From Flaccisagitta enflata (taxonomy: Eukaryota): a stretch of DNA of 64,000 nt. The stretch spans positions 36,952,001 through 37,016,000 of the forward strand of contig OZ231126.1 in the NCBI GenBank assembly GCA_965153355.1. The letters run 5' to 3'. The notes under the pieces were generated by a model. It saw nothing but the letters and a program-made list of their open reading frames with translations, searched no databases and had not been told where the DNA came from. Positions within the stretch are counted from its first letter, which is position 1, and every line of letters starts with the position of its first letter. The position numbers and the translations under genes are program-made. Below are positions 1 to 15,000 of the stretch, piece after piece.

Positions 1-3000
1 TGAAATTTGAGAAAAATTCACTATAAAAACTCTCATTTTTGCTTAAAATGGACTATCGCCAAATAAGGTCAAAATGAGTGTTTTTCAAGCTATTTCTGAC
101 TTGTGTAGGCTATGATATACCTACTAAATGGCCCTGATTTGGTTTTTCACTATTCCAAAGTCTCATTTTTTCAGTTTTTTATTGTTCCAGAATAGTTTTT
201 GAAAAAATGTGAGGTGCCCCCCTCTAATAAGGCGGGAGACAACACCCCTTGCGACCTCTTCTCGTCACAGGGTAGGAACTACTAAACAAAAGATGTTATT
301 GTGAGCCCAGAGGTATAGTAGGGTGGTTAGGTTTTAGTAGGCCCCTAAGATGAAATGCTTAGGGATAGATCAAAATGATTTTTGGACTGAGATGGATGGA
401 TAAGGGTGTAAAGACCTCAAATTTGGGTAGGATGAATTAAAAAAGCAAATTAGTCAAAAATAGGTGGAGTTTGCTTGTGGACAATATTGTGAGAAAACAA
501 ATTCATGGATTTTGATTTTTTAGCCTAAATCCCTTCAGAGACATCCAATGAGCACTACCCAAGTACAGGACACCCCAGGAAAATTCATTTTTTCAACATA
601 TTGAAGTTAGATTTTTGGTTGTTGAGCCCTAAAAAGGTCAAACGAGGATGTGGTGGTAGGTGTGGGTGGTAAACTGGTTCCTTTGGAGGCATTTCAGCCC
701 CTAATTTTTTTCTTATCAAAGTACAATAGTCAAGGAGGGTATATACCAAAAATCAGCCAGGTGCTTGCATTTTTACAGTCGTGATGCGACTTTGAAAATC
801 CTAAAAAATCCCTTTATATTTTAGACTCGGGTTATTGTCTCCCCCCTTATAAGAGTATCTTGCTAGTATCAGATTTGTAATTTTCAGCTTGTTTGTCAAT
901 TTTTTTTGTTAGACTAGCATATAAACATGTAAACAAAATGAAAATACCCTAAAATCCTCCAAAAATACCTGAAATTTGAGAAAAATCCACTATAAAAACT
1001 CTCATTTTTGCTTAAAATGGACTATCGCCAAATGAGGTCAAAATGAGTGTTTTTCAAGCTATTTCTGACTTGTGTAGGCTATGATATACCTACTAAATGG
1101 CCCTGATTTGGTTTTTCACTATTCCAAAGTCTCATTTTTTCAGTTTTTTATTGTTCCAGAATAGTTTTTGAAAAAATGTGAGGTGCCCCCCTCTAATAAG
1201 GCGGGAGACAACACCCCTTGCGACCTCTTCTCGTCACAGGGTAGGAACTACTAAACAAAAGATGTTATTGTGAGCCCAGAGGTATAGTAGGGTGGTTAGG
1301 TTTTATTAGGCCCCTAAGATAAAATGCTTAGGGATAGATCAAAATGATTTTTGGACTGAGATGGATGGATAAGGGTGTAAAGACCTCAAATTTGGGTAGG
1401 ATGAATTAAAAAAGCAAATTAGTCAAAAATAGGTGGAGTTTGCTTGTGGACAATATTGTGAGAAAACAAATTCATGGATTTTGATTTTTTTAGCCTAAAT
1501 CCCTTCAGAGACATCCAATGAGCACTACCCAAGTACAGGACACCCCAGGAAAATTCATTTTTTCAACATATTGAAGTTAGATTTTTGGTTGTTGAGCCCT
1601 AAAAAAGGTCATAATCGAGGATGTGGTGGTAGGTGTGGGTGGTAAACTGGTTCCTTTGGAGGCATTTCAGCCCCTAATCTTTTTTTCTTATCAAAGTACA
1701 ATAGTCAAGGAGGGTATATACCAAAAATCAGCCAGGTGCTTGCATTTTTACAGTCGTGATGCGACTTTGAAAATCCTAAAAATCCCTTTATATTTTAGAC
1801 TCGGGTTATTGTCTCCCCCTTATAAGAGTATCTTGCTAGTATCAGATTTGTAATTTTCAGCTTGTTTGTCAATTTTTTTGTTAGACTAGCATATAAACAT
1901 GTAAACAAAATGAAAATACCCTAAAATCCTCCAAAAATACCTGAAATTTGAGAAAAATCCACTATAAAAACTCTCATTTTTGCTTAAAATGGACTATCGC
2001 CAAATAAGGTCAAAATGAGTGTTTTTCAAGCTATTTCTGACTTGTGTAGGCTATGATATACCAACTAAATGGCCCTGATTTGGTTTTTCACTATTCCAAA
2101 GTCTCATTTTTTCAGTTTTTTATTGTTCCAGAATAGTTTTTGAAAAAATGTGAGGTGCCCCCCTCTAATAAGGCGGGAGACAACACCCCATGCGACCTCT
2201 TCTCGTCACAGGGTAGGAACTACTAAACAAAAGATGTTATTGTGAGCCCAGAGGTATAGTAGGGTGGTTAGGTTTTATTAGGCCCCTAAGATAAAATGCT
2301 TAGGGATAGATCAAAATGATTTTTGGACTGAGATGGATGGATAAGGGTGTAAAGACCTCAAATTTGGGTAGGATGAATTAAAAAAGCAAATTAGTCAACA
2401 ATAGGTAGAGTTTGCTTGTGGACAATATTGTGAGAAAACAAATTCATGGATTTTGATTTTTTTAGCCTAAATCCCTTCAGAGACATCCAATGAGCACTAC
2501 CCAAGTACAGGACACCCCAGGAAAATTCATTTTTTCAACATATTGAAGTTAGATTTTTGGTTGTTGAGCCCTAAAACGGTCATAATCGAGGATGTGGTGG
2601 TAGGTGTGGGTGGTAAACTGGTTCCTTTGGAGGCATTTCAGCCCCTAATTTTTTTCTTATCAAAGTACAATAGTCAAGGAGGGTATATACCAAAAATCAG
2701 CCAGGTGCTTGCATTTTTACAGTCGTGATGCGACTTTGAAAATCCTAGAAAATCCCTTTATATTTTAGACTCGGGTTATTGTCTCCCCCTTATAAGAGTA
2801 TCTTGCTAGTATCAGATTTGTAATTTTCAGCTTGTTTGTTAATTTTTTTGTTAGACTAGCATATAAACATGTAAACAAAATGAAAATACCCTAAAATCCT
2901 CCAAAAATACCTGAAATTTGAGAAAAATTCACTATAAAAACTCTCATTTTTGCTTAAAATGGACTATCGCCAAATAAGGTCAAAATGAGTGTTTTTCAAG

Positions 3001-6000
3001 CTATTTCTGACTTGTGTAGGCTATGATATACCTACTAAATGGCCCTGATTTGGTTTTTCACTATTCCAAAGTCTCATTTTTTCAGTTTTTTATTGTTCCA
3101 GAATAGTTTTTGAAAAAATGTGAGGTGCCCCCCTCTAATAAGGCGGGAGACAACACCCCTTGCGACCTCTTCTCGTCACAGGGTAGGAACTACTAAACAA
3201 AAGATGTTATTGTGAGCCCAGAGGTATAGTAGGGTGGTTAGGTTTTAGTAGGCCCCTAAGATGAAATGCTTAGGGATAGATCAAAATGATTTTTGGACTG
3301 AGATGGATGGATAAGGGTGTAAAAACCTCAAATTTGGGTAGGATGAATTAAAAAAGCAAATTAGTCAAAAATAGGTAGAGTTTGCTTGTGGACAATATTG
3401 TGAGAAAACAAACTCATGGATTTTGATTTTTTTAGCCTAAATCCCTTCAGAGACATCCAATGAGCACTACCCAAGTACAGGACACCCCAGGAAAATTCAT
3501 TTTTTCAACGTATTGAAGTTAGATTTTTGGTTGTTGAGCCCTAAAAAGGTCATAATCGAGGATGTGGTGGTAGGTGTGGGTGGTAAACTGGTTCCTTTGG
3601 AGGCATTTCAGCCCCTAATCTTTTTTTCTTATCAAAGTACAATAGTCAAGGAGGGTATATACCAAAAATCAGCCAGGTGCTTGCATTTTTACAGTCGTGA
3701 TGCGACTTTGAAAATCCTAGAAAATCCCTTTATATTTTAGACTCGGGTTATTGTCTCCCCCCTTATAAGAGTATCTTGCTAGTATCAGATTTGTAATTTT
3801 CAGCTTGTTTGTTAATTTTTTTGTTAGATTAGCATATAAACATGTAAACAAAATGAAAATACCCTAAAATCCTCCAAAAATACCTGAAATTTGAGAAAAA
3901 TTCACTATAAAAACTCTCATTTTTGCTTAAAATGGACTATCGCCAAATAAGGTCAAAATGAGTGTTTTTCAAGCTATTTCTGACTTGTGTAGGCTATGAT
4001 ATACCTACTAAATGGCCCTGATTTGGTTTTTCACTATTCCAAAGTCTCATTTTTTCAGTTTTTTATTGTTCCAGAATAGTTTTTGAAAAAATGTGAGGTG
4101 CCCCCCTCTAATAAGGCGGGAGACAACACCCCTTGCGACCTCTTCTCGTCACAGGGTAGGAACTACTAAACAAAAGATGTTATTGTGAACTCAGAGGTAT
4201 AGTAGGGTGGTTAGGTTTTAGTAGGCCCCTAAGATGAAATGCTTAGGGATAGATCAAAATGATTTTTGGACTGAGATGGATGGATAAGGGTGTAAAGACC
4301 TCAAATTTGGGTAGGATGAATTAAAAAAGCAAATTAGTCAAAAATAGGTGGAGTTTGCTTGTGGACAATATTGTGAGAAAACAAATTCATGGATTTTGAT
4401 TTTTTTAGCCTAAATCCCTTCAGAGACATCCAATGAGCACTACCCAAGTACAGGACACCCCAGGAAAATTCATTTTTTCAACATATTGAAGTTAGATTTT
4501 TGGTTGTTGAGCCCTAAAAACGGTCATAATCGAGGATGTGGTGGTAGGTGTGGGTGGTAAACTGGTTCCTTTGGAGGCATTTCAGCCCCTAATTTTTTTC
4601 TTATCAAAGTACAATAGTCAAGGAGGGTATATACCAAAAATCAGCCAGGTGCTTGCATTTTTACAGTCGTGATGCGACTTTGAAAATCCTAAAAAATCCC
4701 TTTATATTTTAGACTCGGGTTATTGTCTCCCCCCTTATAAGAGTATCTTGCTAGTATCAGATTTGTAATTTTCAGCTTGTTTGTCAATTTTTTTGTTAGA
4801 TTAGCATATAAACATGTAAACAAGATGAAAATACCCTAAAATCCTCCAAAAATACCTGAAATTTGAGAAAAATCCACTATAAAAACTCTCATTTTTGCTT
4901 AAAATGGACTATCGCCAAATGAGGTCAAAATGAGTGTTTTTCAAGCTATTTCTGACTTGTGTAGGCTATGATATACCTACTAAATGGCCCTGATTTGGTT
5001 TTTCACTATTCCAAAGTCTCATTTTTTCAGTTTTTTATTGTTCCAGAATAGTTTTTGAAAAAATGTGAGGTGCCCCCCTCTAATAAGGCGGGAGACAACA
5101 CCCCTTGCGACCTCTTCTCGTCACAGGGTAGGAACTACTAAACAAAAGATGTTATTGTGAACTCAGAGGTATAGTAGGGTGGTTAGGTTTTAGTAGGCCC
5201 CTAAGATGAAATGCTTAGGGATAGATCAAAATGATTTTTGGACTGAGATGGATGGATAAGGGTGTAAAGACCTCAAATTTGGGTAGGATGAATTAAAAAA
5301 GCAAATTAGTCAAAAATAGGTAGAGTTTGCTTGTGGACAATATTGTGAGAAAACAAATTCATGGATTTTGATTTTTTTAGCCTAAATCCCTTCAGAGACA
5401 TCCAATGAGCACTACCCAAGTACAGGACACCCCAGGAAAATTCATTTTTTCAACATATTGAAGTTAGATTTTTGGTTGTTGAGCCCTAAAAACGGTCATA
5501 ATCGAGGATGTGGTGGTAGGTGTGGGTGGTAAACTGGTTCCTTTGGAGGCATTTCAGCCCCTAATTTTTTTTTCTTATCAAAGTACAATAGTCAAGGAGG
5601 GTATATACCAAAAATCAGCCAGGTGCTTGCATTTTTACAGTCGTGATGCGACTTTGAAAATCCTAGAAAATCCCTTTATATTTTAGACTCGGGTTATTGT
5701 CTCCCCCTTATAAGAGTATCTTGCTAGTATCAAATTTGTAATTTTCAGCTTGTTTGTCAATTTTTTTTGTTAGACTAGCATATAAACATGTAAACAAAAT
5801 GAAAATACCCTAAAATCCTCCAAAAATACCTGAAATTTGAGAAAAATCCACTATAAAAACTCTCATTTTTGCTTAAAATGGACTATCGCCAAATTAGGTC
5901 AAAATGAGTGTTTTTCAAGCTATTTCTGACTTGTGAAGGCTATGATATACCTACTAAATGGCCCTGATTTGGTTTTTCACTATTCCAAAGTCTCATTTTT

Positions 6001-9000
6001 TCAGTTTTTTATTGTTCCAGAATAGTTTTTGAAAAAATGTGAGGTGCCCCCCTCTAATAAGGCGGGAGACAACACCCCTTGCGACCTCTTCTCGTCACAG
6101 GGTAGGAACTACTAAACAAAAGATGTTATTGTGAGCCCAGAGGTATAGTAGGGTGGTTAGGTTTTAGTAGGCCCCTAAGATGAAATGCTTAGGGATAGAT
6201 CAAAATGATTTTTGGACTGAGATGGATGGATAAGGGTGTCAAAACCTCAAATTTGGGTAGGATGAATTATAAAAGCAAATTAGTCAAAAATAGGTGGAGT
6301 TTGCTTGTGGACAATATTGTGAGAAAACAAACTCTTGGATTTTGATTTTTTAGCCTAAATCCCTTCAGAGACATCCAATGAGCACTACCCAAGTACAGGA
6401 CACCCCAGGAAAATTCATTTTTCAACATATTGAAGTTAGATTTTTGGTTGTTGAGCCCTAAAAACGGTCATAATCGAGGATGTGGTGGTAGGTGTGGGTG
6501 GTAAACTGGTTCCTTTGGAGGCATTTCAGCCCCTAATTTTTTTTTTATCAAAGTACATTAGTCAAGGAGGGTATATACCAAAAATCAGCCAGGTGCTTGC
6601 ATTTTTACAGTCGTGATGTGACTTTGAAAATCCTAGAAGATCCCTTCATATTTTAGACTCGGGTTATTGTCTCCCCCCTTATAAGAGTATCTTGCTAGTA
6701 TCAGATTTGTAATTTTCAGCTTGTTTGTCAATTTTTTTGTTAGATTAGCATATAAACATGTAAACAAAATGAAAATACCCTAAAATCCTCCAAAAATACC
6801 TGAAATTTGAGAAAAATTCACTATAAAAACTCTCATTTTTGCTTAAAATGGACTATCGCCAAATAAGGTCAAAATGAGTGTTTTTCAAGCTATTTCTGAC
6901 TTGTGTAGGCTATGATATACCCCACTAAATGGCCCTGATTTGGTTTTCACTTTTCCAAAGTCTCATTTTTCAGTTTTTTATTGTTCCAGAATAGTTTTTG
7001 AAAAAATGTGAGGTGCCCCCCTCTAATAAGGCGGGAGACAACACCCCTTGCGACCTCTTCTCGTCACAGGGTAGGAACTACTAAACAAAAGATGTTATTG
7101 TGAGCTCAGAGGTATAGTAGGGTGGTTAGGTTTTAGTAGGCCCCTAAGATGAAATGCTTAGGGATAGATCAAAATGATTTTTGGACTGAGATGGATGGAT
7201 AAGGGTGTCAAAACCTCAAATTTGGGTAGGATGAATTATAAAAGCAAATTAGTCAAAAATAGGTGGAGTTTGCTTGTGGACAATATTGTGAGAAAACAAA
7301 CTCATGGATTTTGATTTTTTTAGCCTAAATCCCTTCAGAGACACCCAATGAGCAGTACCCAAGTACAGGACACCCCAGGAAAATTCATTTTTCAACATAT
7401 TGAAATTAGATTTTGGTTGTTGAGCCTAAAAAGGTCATAAACGAGGATGTGGTGGTAGGTGTGGGTGGTAAACTGGTTCCTTTGGAGGCATTTCAGCCCC
7501 TTATCTTTTTTCTTATCAAAGTACAATAGTCAAGGAGGGTATATACCAAAAATCAGCCAGGTGCTTGCATTTTTACAGTCGTGATGCGACTTTGAAAATC
7601 CTAGAAAATCCCTTTATATTTTAGACTCGGGTTATTGTCTCCCCCCTTATAAGAGTATCTTGCTAGTATCAGATTTGTAATTTTCAGCTTGTTTGTCAAT
7701 TTTTTTGTTAGATTAGCATATAAACATGTAAACAAGATGAAAATACCCTAAAATCCTCCAAAAATACCTGAAATTTGAGAAAAATCCACTATAAAAACCC
7801 TCATTTTTGCTTAAAATGGACTATCGCCAAATGTGGTCAAAATGAGTGTTTTTCAAGCTATTTCTGACTTGTGTAGGCTATGATATACCTACTAAATGGC
7901 CCTGATTTGGTTTTTCTATTTCCAAAGTCTCATTTTTTCAGTTTTTTATTGTTCCAGAATAGTTTTGAAAAAATGTGAGGTGCCCCCCTCTAATAAGGCG
8001 GGAGACAACACCCCTTGCGACCTCTTCTCGTCACAGGGTAGGAACTACTAAACAAAAGATGTTATTGTGAACCCAGAGGTATAGTAGGGTGGTTAGGTTT
8101 TAGTAGGCCCCTAAGATGAAATGCTTAGGGATAGATCAAAATGATTTTGGACTGAGATGGATGGATAAGGGTGTAAAGACCTCAAATTTGGGTAGGATGA
8201 ATTAAAAAAGCAAATTAGTCAAAAATAGGTGGAGTTTGCTTGTGGACAATATTGTGAGAAAACAAACTCATGGATTTTGATTTTTTAGCCTAAATCCCTT
8301 CAGAGACATCCAATGAGCACTACCCAAGTACAGGACACCCCAGGAAAATTCATTTTTCAACATATTGAAGTTAGATTTTTGGTTGTTGAGCCTAAAAAGG
8401 TCATATTCGAGGATGTGGTGGTAGGTGTGGGTGGTAAACTGGTTCCTTTGGAGGCATTTCAGCCCCTAATCTTTTTTTCTTATCAAAGTACAATAGTCAA
8501 GGAGGGTATATACCAAAAATCAGCCAGGTGCTTGCATTTTTACAGTCGTGATGCGACTTTGAAAATCCTAGAAAATCCCTTTATATTTTAGACTCGGGTT
8601 ATTGTCTCCCCCCTTATAAGAGTATCTTGCTAGTATCAGATTTGTAATTTTCAGCTTGTTTGTCAATTTTTTTGTTAGACTAGCATATAAACATGTAAAC
8701 AAAATGAAAATACCCTAAAATCCTCCAAAAATACCTGAAATTTGAGAAAAATTCACTATAAAAACTCTCATTTTTGCTTAAAATGGACTATCGCCAAATA
8801 AGGTCAAAATGAGTGTTTTTCAAGCTATTTCTGACTTGTGTAGGCTATGATATACCTACTAAATGGCCCTGATTTGGTTTTCACTATTCCAAAGTCTCAT
8901 TTTTTCAGTTTTTTATTGTTCCAGAATAGTTTTTGAAAAAATGTGAGGTGCCCCCTCTAATAGGGCGGGAGACAACACCCCTTACGACCTCTTCTCGTCA

Positions 9001-12000
9001 CAGGGTAGGAACTACTAAACAAAAGATGTTATTGTGAACTCAGAGGTATAGTAGGGTGGTTAGGTTTTAGTAGGCCCCTAAGATGAAATGCTTAGGGATA
9101 GATCAAAATGATTTTTGGACTGAGATGGATGGATAAGGGTGTAAAGACCTCAAATTTGGGTAGGATGAATTAAAAAAGCAAATTGGTCAAAAATAGGTGG
9201 AGTTTGCTTGTGGACAATATTGTGAGAAAACAAATTATGGATTTTGATTTTTAGCCTAAATCCCTTCAGAGACATCAATGAGCACATCACCCAAGTACAG
9301 GACACCCCAGGAAAATTCATTTTTCAACATATTGAGTTAGATTTTTGGTTGTTGAGCCCTAAAACGGGTAAATTAAGAGGATGTGGTGGTAGGTGTGGGT
9401 GGTAAACTGGTTCCTTTGGAGGCATTTCAGCCCCTAATTTTTTCTTATCAAAGTACAATAGTCAAGGAGGGTATATACCAAAAATCAGCCAGGTGCTTGC
9501 ATTTTTACAGTCGTGATACGACTTTGAAAATCCTAAAAATCCCTTTATATTTTAGACTCGGGTTATTGTCTCCCCCTTATAAGAGTATCTTGCTAGTATC
9601 AGATTTGTAATTTTCAGCTTGTTTGTTAATTTTTTTGTTAGACTAGCATATAAACATGTAAACAAAATGAAAATACCCTAAAATCCTCCAAAAATACCTG
9701 AAATTTGAGAAAAATTCACTATAAAAACTCTCATTTTTGCTTAAAATGGACTATCGCCAAATAAGGTCAAAATGAGTGTTTTTAAAGCTATTTCTGACTT
9801 GTGTAGGCTATGATATACCTACCTACTAAATGGCCCTGATTTGGTTTTTCACTATTCCAAAGTCTCATTTTTCAGTTTTTTATTGTTCCAGAATAGTTTT
9901 TGAAAAAATGTGAGGTGCCCCCCTCTAATAAGGCGGGAGACAACACCCCTTGCGACCTCTTCTCGTCACAGGGTAGGAACTACTAAACAAAAGATGTTAT
10001 TGTGAACTCAGAGGTATAGTAGGGTGGTTAGGTTTTAGTAGGCCCCTAAGATGAAATGCTTAGGGATAGATCAAAATGATTTTGGACTGAGATGGATGGA
10101 TAAGGGTGTAAAGACCTCAAATTTGGGTAGGATGAATTAAAAAAGCAAATTAGTCAAAAATAGGTGGAGTTTGCTTGTGGACAATATTGTGAGAAAACAA
10201 ATTCATGGATTTTGATTTTTTTAGCCTAAATCCCTTCAGAGACATCCAATGAGCACTACCCAAGTACAGGACACCCCAGGAAAATTCATTTTTTCAACAT
10301 ATTGAAGTTAGATTTTTGGTTGTTGAGCCCTAAAAACGGTCATAAACGAGGATGTGGTGGTAGGTGTGGGTGGTAAACTGGTTCCTTTGGAGGCATTTCA
10401 GCCCCTAATTTTTTTTTCTTATCAAAGTACAATAGTCAAGGAGGGTATATACCAAAAATCAGCCAGGTGCTTGCATTTTTACAGTCGTGATGCGACTTTG
10501 AAAATCCTAGAAAATCCCTTTATATTTTAGACTCGGGTTATTGTCTCCCCCTTATAAGAGTATCTTAGTATCTAGTATCAGATTTGTAATTTTCAGCTTG
10601 TTTGTTAATTTTTTTTGTTAGACTAGCATATAAACATGTAAACAAAATGAAAATACCCTAAAATCCTCCAAAAATACCTGAAATTTGAGAAAAATTCACT
10701 ATAAAAACTCTCATTTTTGCTTAAAATGGACTATCGCCAAATAAGGTCAAAATGAGTGTTTTTCAAGCTATTTCTGACTTGTGTAGGCTATGATATACCT
10801 ACCAAATGGCCCTGATTTGGTTTTTCACTATTCCAAAGTCTCATTTTTTCAGTTTTTTATTGTTCCAGAATAGTTTTTGAAAAAATGTGAGGTGCCCCCC
10901 TCTAATAAGGCGGGAGACAACACCCCTTGCGACCTCTTCTCGTCACAGGGTAGGAACTACTAAACAAAAGATGTTATTGTGAGCCCAGAGGTATAGTAGG
11001 GTGGTTAGGTTTTAGTAGGCCCCTAAGATGAAATGCTTAGGGATAGATCAAAATGATTTTTGGACTGAGATGGATGGATAAGGGTGTCAAAACCTCAAAT
11101 TTGGGTAGGATGAATTATAAAAGCAAATTAGTCAAAAATAGGTGGAGTTTGCTTGTGGACAATATTGTGAGAAAACAAATTCATGGATTTTGATTTTTTT
11201 AGCCTAAATCCCTTCAGAGACATCCAATGAGCACTACCCAAGTACAGGACACCCCAGGAAAATTCATTTTTTCAACATATTGAAGTTAGATTTTTGGTTG
11301 TTGAGCCCTAAAAAGGTCATAAACGAGGATGTGGTGGTAGGTGTGGGTGTAAACTGGTTCCTTTGGAGGCATTTCAGCCCCTAATTTTTTTCTTATCAAA
11401 GTACAATAGTCAAGGAGGGTATATACCAAAAATCAGCCAGGTGCTTGCATTTTTACAGTCGTGATGCGACTTTGAAAATCCTAGAAAATCCCTTTATATT
11501 TTAGACTCGGGTTATTGTCTCCCCCCCTTATAAGAGTATCTTGCTAGTATCAGATTTGTAATTTTCAGCTTGTTTGTCAATTTTTTTGTTAGATTAGCAT
11601 ATAAACATGTAAACAAGATGAAAATACCCTAAAATCCTCCAAAAATACCTGAAATTTGAGAAAATTCCACTATAAAAACCTCATTTTTGCTTAAAATGGA
11701 CTATCGCCAAATAAGGTCAAAATGAGTGTTTTTCAAGCTATTTCTGACTTGTGTAGGCTATGATATACCTACTAAATGGCCCTGATTTGGTTTTCACTAT
11801 TCCAAAGTCTCATTTTTTCAGTTTTTTATTGTTCCAGAATAGTTTTTGAAAAATGTGAGGTGCCCCCCTCTAATAAGGCGGGAGACAACACCCCTTGCGA
11901 CCTCTTCTCGTCACAGGTAGAACTACTAAACAAAAGATGTTATTGTGAACTCAGAGGTATAGTAGGGTGGTTAGGTTTTAGTAAGCCCCTAAGATGAAAT

Positions 12001-15000
12001 GCTTAGGGATAGATCAAAATGATTTTTGGACTGAGATGGATGGATAAGGGTGTAAAGACCTCAAATTTGGGTAGGATGAATTAAAAAAGCAAATTAGTCA
12101 AAAATAGGTGGAGTTTGCTTGTGGACAATATTGTGAGAAAACAAACTCTTGGATTTTGATTTTTTTAGCCTAAATCCCTTCAGAGACATCCAATGAGCAC
12201 TACCCAAGTACAGGACACCCCAGGAAAATTCATTTTTTCAACGTATTGAAGTTAGATTTTTGGTTGTTGAGCCCTAAAAAGGTCATAATCGAGGATGTGG
12301 TGGTAGGTGTGGGTGGTAAACTGGTTCCTTTGGAGGCATTTCAGCCCCTAATCTTTTTTTCTTATCAAAGTACAATAGTCAAGGAGGGTATATACCAAAA
12401 ATCAGCCAGGTGCTTGCATTTTTACAGTCGTGATGCGACTTTGAAAATCCTAAAAAATCCCTTTATATTTTAGACTCGGGTTATTGTCTCCCCCTTATAA
12501 GAGTATCTTGCTAGTATCAGATTTGTAATTTTCAGCTTGTTTGTTAATTTTTTTTGTTAGATTAGCATATAAACATGTAAACAAAATGAAAATACCCTAA
12601 AATCCTCCAAAAATACCTGAAATTTGAGAAAAATTCACTATAAAAACTCTCATTTTTGCTTAAAATGGACTATCGCCAAATAAGGTCAAAATGAGTGTTT
12701 TTCAAGCTATTTCTGACTTGTGTAGGCTATGATATACCTACCAAATGGCCTGATTTGGTTTTTCACTATTCCAAAGTCTCATTTTTCAGTTTTTTATTGT
12801 TCCAGAATAGTTTTTGAAAAAATGTGAGGTGCCCACCTCTAATAAGGCGGGAGACAACACCCCTTGCGACCTCTTCTTGTCACAGGGTAGGAACTACTAA
12901 ACAAAAGATGTTATTGTGAGCCCAGAGGTATAGTAGGGTGGTTAGGTTTTAGTAGGCCCCTAAGATGAAATGCTTAGGGATAGATCAAAATGATTTTGGA
13001 CTGAGATGGATGGATAAGGGTGTAAAGACCTCAAATTTGGGTAGGATGAATTATAAAAGCAAATTAGTCAAAAATAGGTGGAGTTTGCTTGTGGACAATA
13101 TTGTGAGAAAACAAATTCATGGATTTTGATTTTTTTAGCCTAAATCCCTTCAGAGACATCCAATGAGCACTACCCAAGTACAGGACACCCCAGGAAAATT
13201 CATTTTTTCAACATATTGAAGTTAGATTTTTGGTTGTTGAGCCCTAAAAACGGTCATAAACGAGGATGTGGTGGTAGGTGTGGGTGGTAAACTGGTTCCT
13301 TTGGAGGCATTTCAGCCCCTAATTTTTTTCTTATCAAAGTACAATAGTCAAGGAGGGTATATACCAAAAATCAGCCAGGTGCTTGCATTTTTACAGTCGT
13401 GATGCGACTTTGAAAATCCTAGAAAATCCCTTTATATTTTAGACTCGGGTTATTGTCTCCCCCCTTATAAGAGTATCTTGCTAGTATCAGATTTGTAATT
13501 TTCAGCTTGTTTGTTAATTTTTTTTGTTAGACTAGCATATAAACATGTAAACAAAATGAAAATACCCTAAAATCCTCCAAAAATACCTGAAATTTGAGAA
13601 AAATCCACTATAAAAACTCTCATTTTTGCTTAAAATGGACTATCGCCAAATAAGGTCAAAATGAGTGTTTTTCAAGCTATTTCTGACTTGTGTAGGCTAT
13701 ATATACCTACCAAATGGCCCTGATTTGGTTTTTCACTTTTCCAAAGTCTCATTTTTTCAGTTTTTTATTGTTCCAGAATAGTTTTTGAAAAAATGTGAGG
13801 TGCCCCCCTCTAATAAGGCGGGAGACAACACCCCTTGCGACCTCTTCTCGTCACAGGGTAGGAACTACTAAACAAAAGATGTTATTGTGAACTCAGAGGT
13901 ATAGTAGGGTGGTTAGGTTTTAGTAGGCCCCTAAGATGAAATGCTTAGGGATAGATCAAAATGATTTTTGGACTGAGATGGATGGATAAGGGTGTAAAGA
14001 CCTCAAATTTGGGTAGGATGAATTAAAAAAGCAAATTAGTCAAAAATAGGTGGAGTTTGCTTGTGGACAATATTGAGAGAAAACAAATTCATGGATTTTG
14101 ATTTTTTTAGCCTAAATCCCTTCAGAGACATCCAATGAGCACTACCCAAGTACAGGACACCCCAGGAAAATTCATTTTTTCAACATATTGAAGTTAGATT
14201 TTTGGTTGTTGAGCCCTAAAAAGGTCATAATCGAGGATGTGGTGGTAGGTGTGGGTGGTAAACTGGTTCCTTTGGAGGCATTTCAGCCCCTAATTTTTTT
14301 TCTTATCAAAGTACAATAGTCAAGGAGGGTATATACCAAAAATCAGCCAGGTGCTTGCATTTTTACAGTCGTGATGCGACTTTGAAAATCCTAAAAATCC
14401 CTTTATATTTTAGACTCGGGTTATTGTCTCCCCCTTATAAGAGTATCTTGCTAGTATCAGATTTGTAATTTTCAGCTTGTTTGTTAATTTTTTTTGTTAG
14501 ACTAGCATATAAACATGTAAACAAAATGAAAATACCCTAAAATCCTCCAAAAATACCTGAAATTTGAGAAAAATTCACTATAAAAACTCTCATTTTTGCT
14601 TAAAATGGACTATCGTCAAATAAGGTCAAAATGAGTGTTTTTCAAGCTATTTCTGACTTGTGTAGGCTATGATATACCTACTAAATGGCCCTGATTTGGT
14701 TTTTCACTTTTCCAAAGTCTCATTTTTTCAGTTTTTTATTGTTCCAGAATAGTTTTTGAAAAAATGTGAGGTGCCCCCCTCTAATAGGGCGGGAGACAAC
14801 ACCCCTTGCGACCTCTTCTCGTCACAGGGTAGGAACTACTAAACAAAAGATGTTATTGTGAACTCAGAGGTATAGTAGGGTGGTTAGGTTTTAGTAGGCC
14901 CCTAAGATGAAATGCTTAGGGATAGATCAAAATGATTTTGGACAGAGATGGATGGATAAGGGTGTAAAGACCTCAAATTTGGGTAGGATGAATTAAAAAA

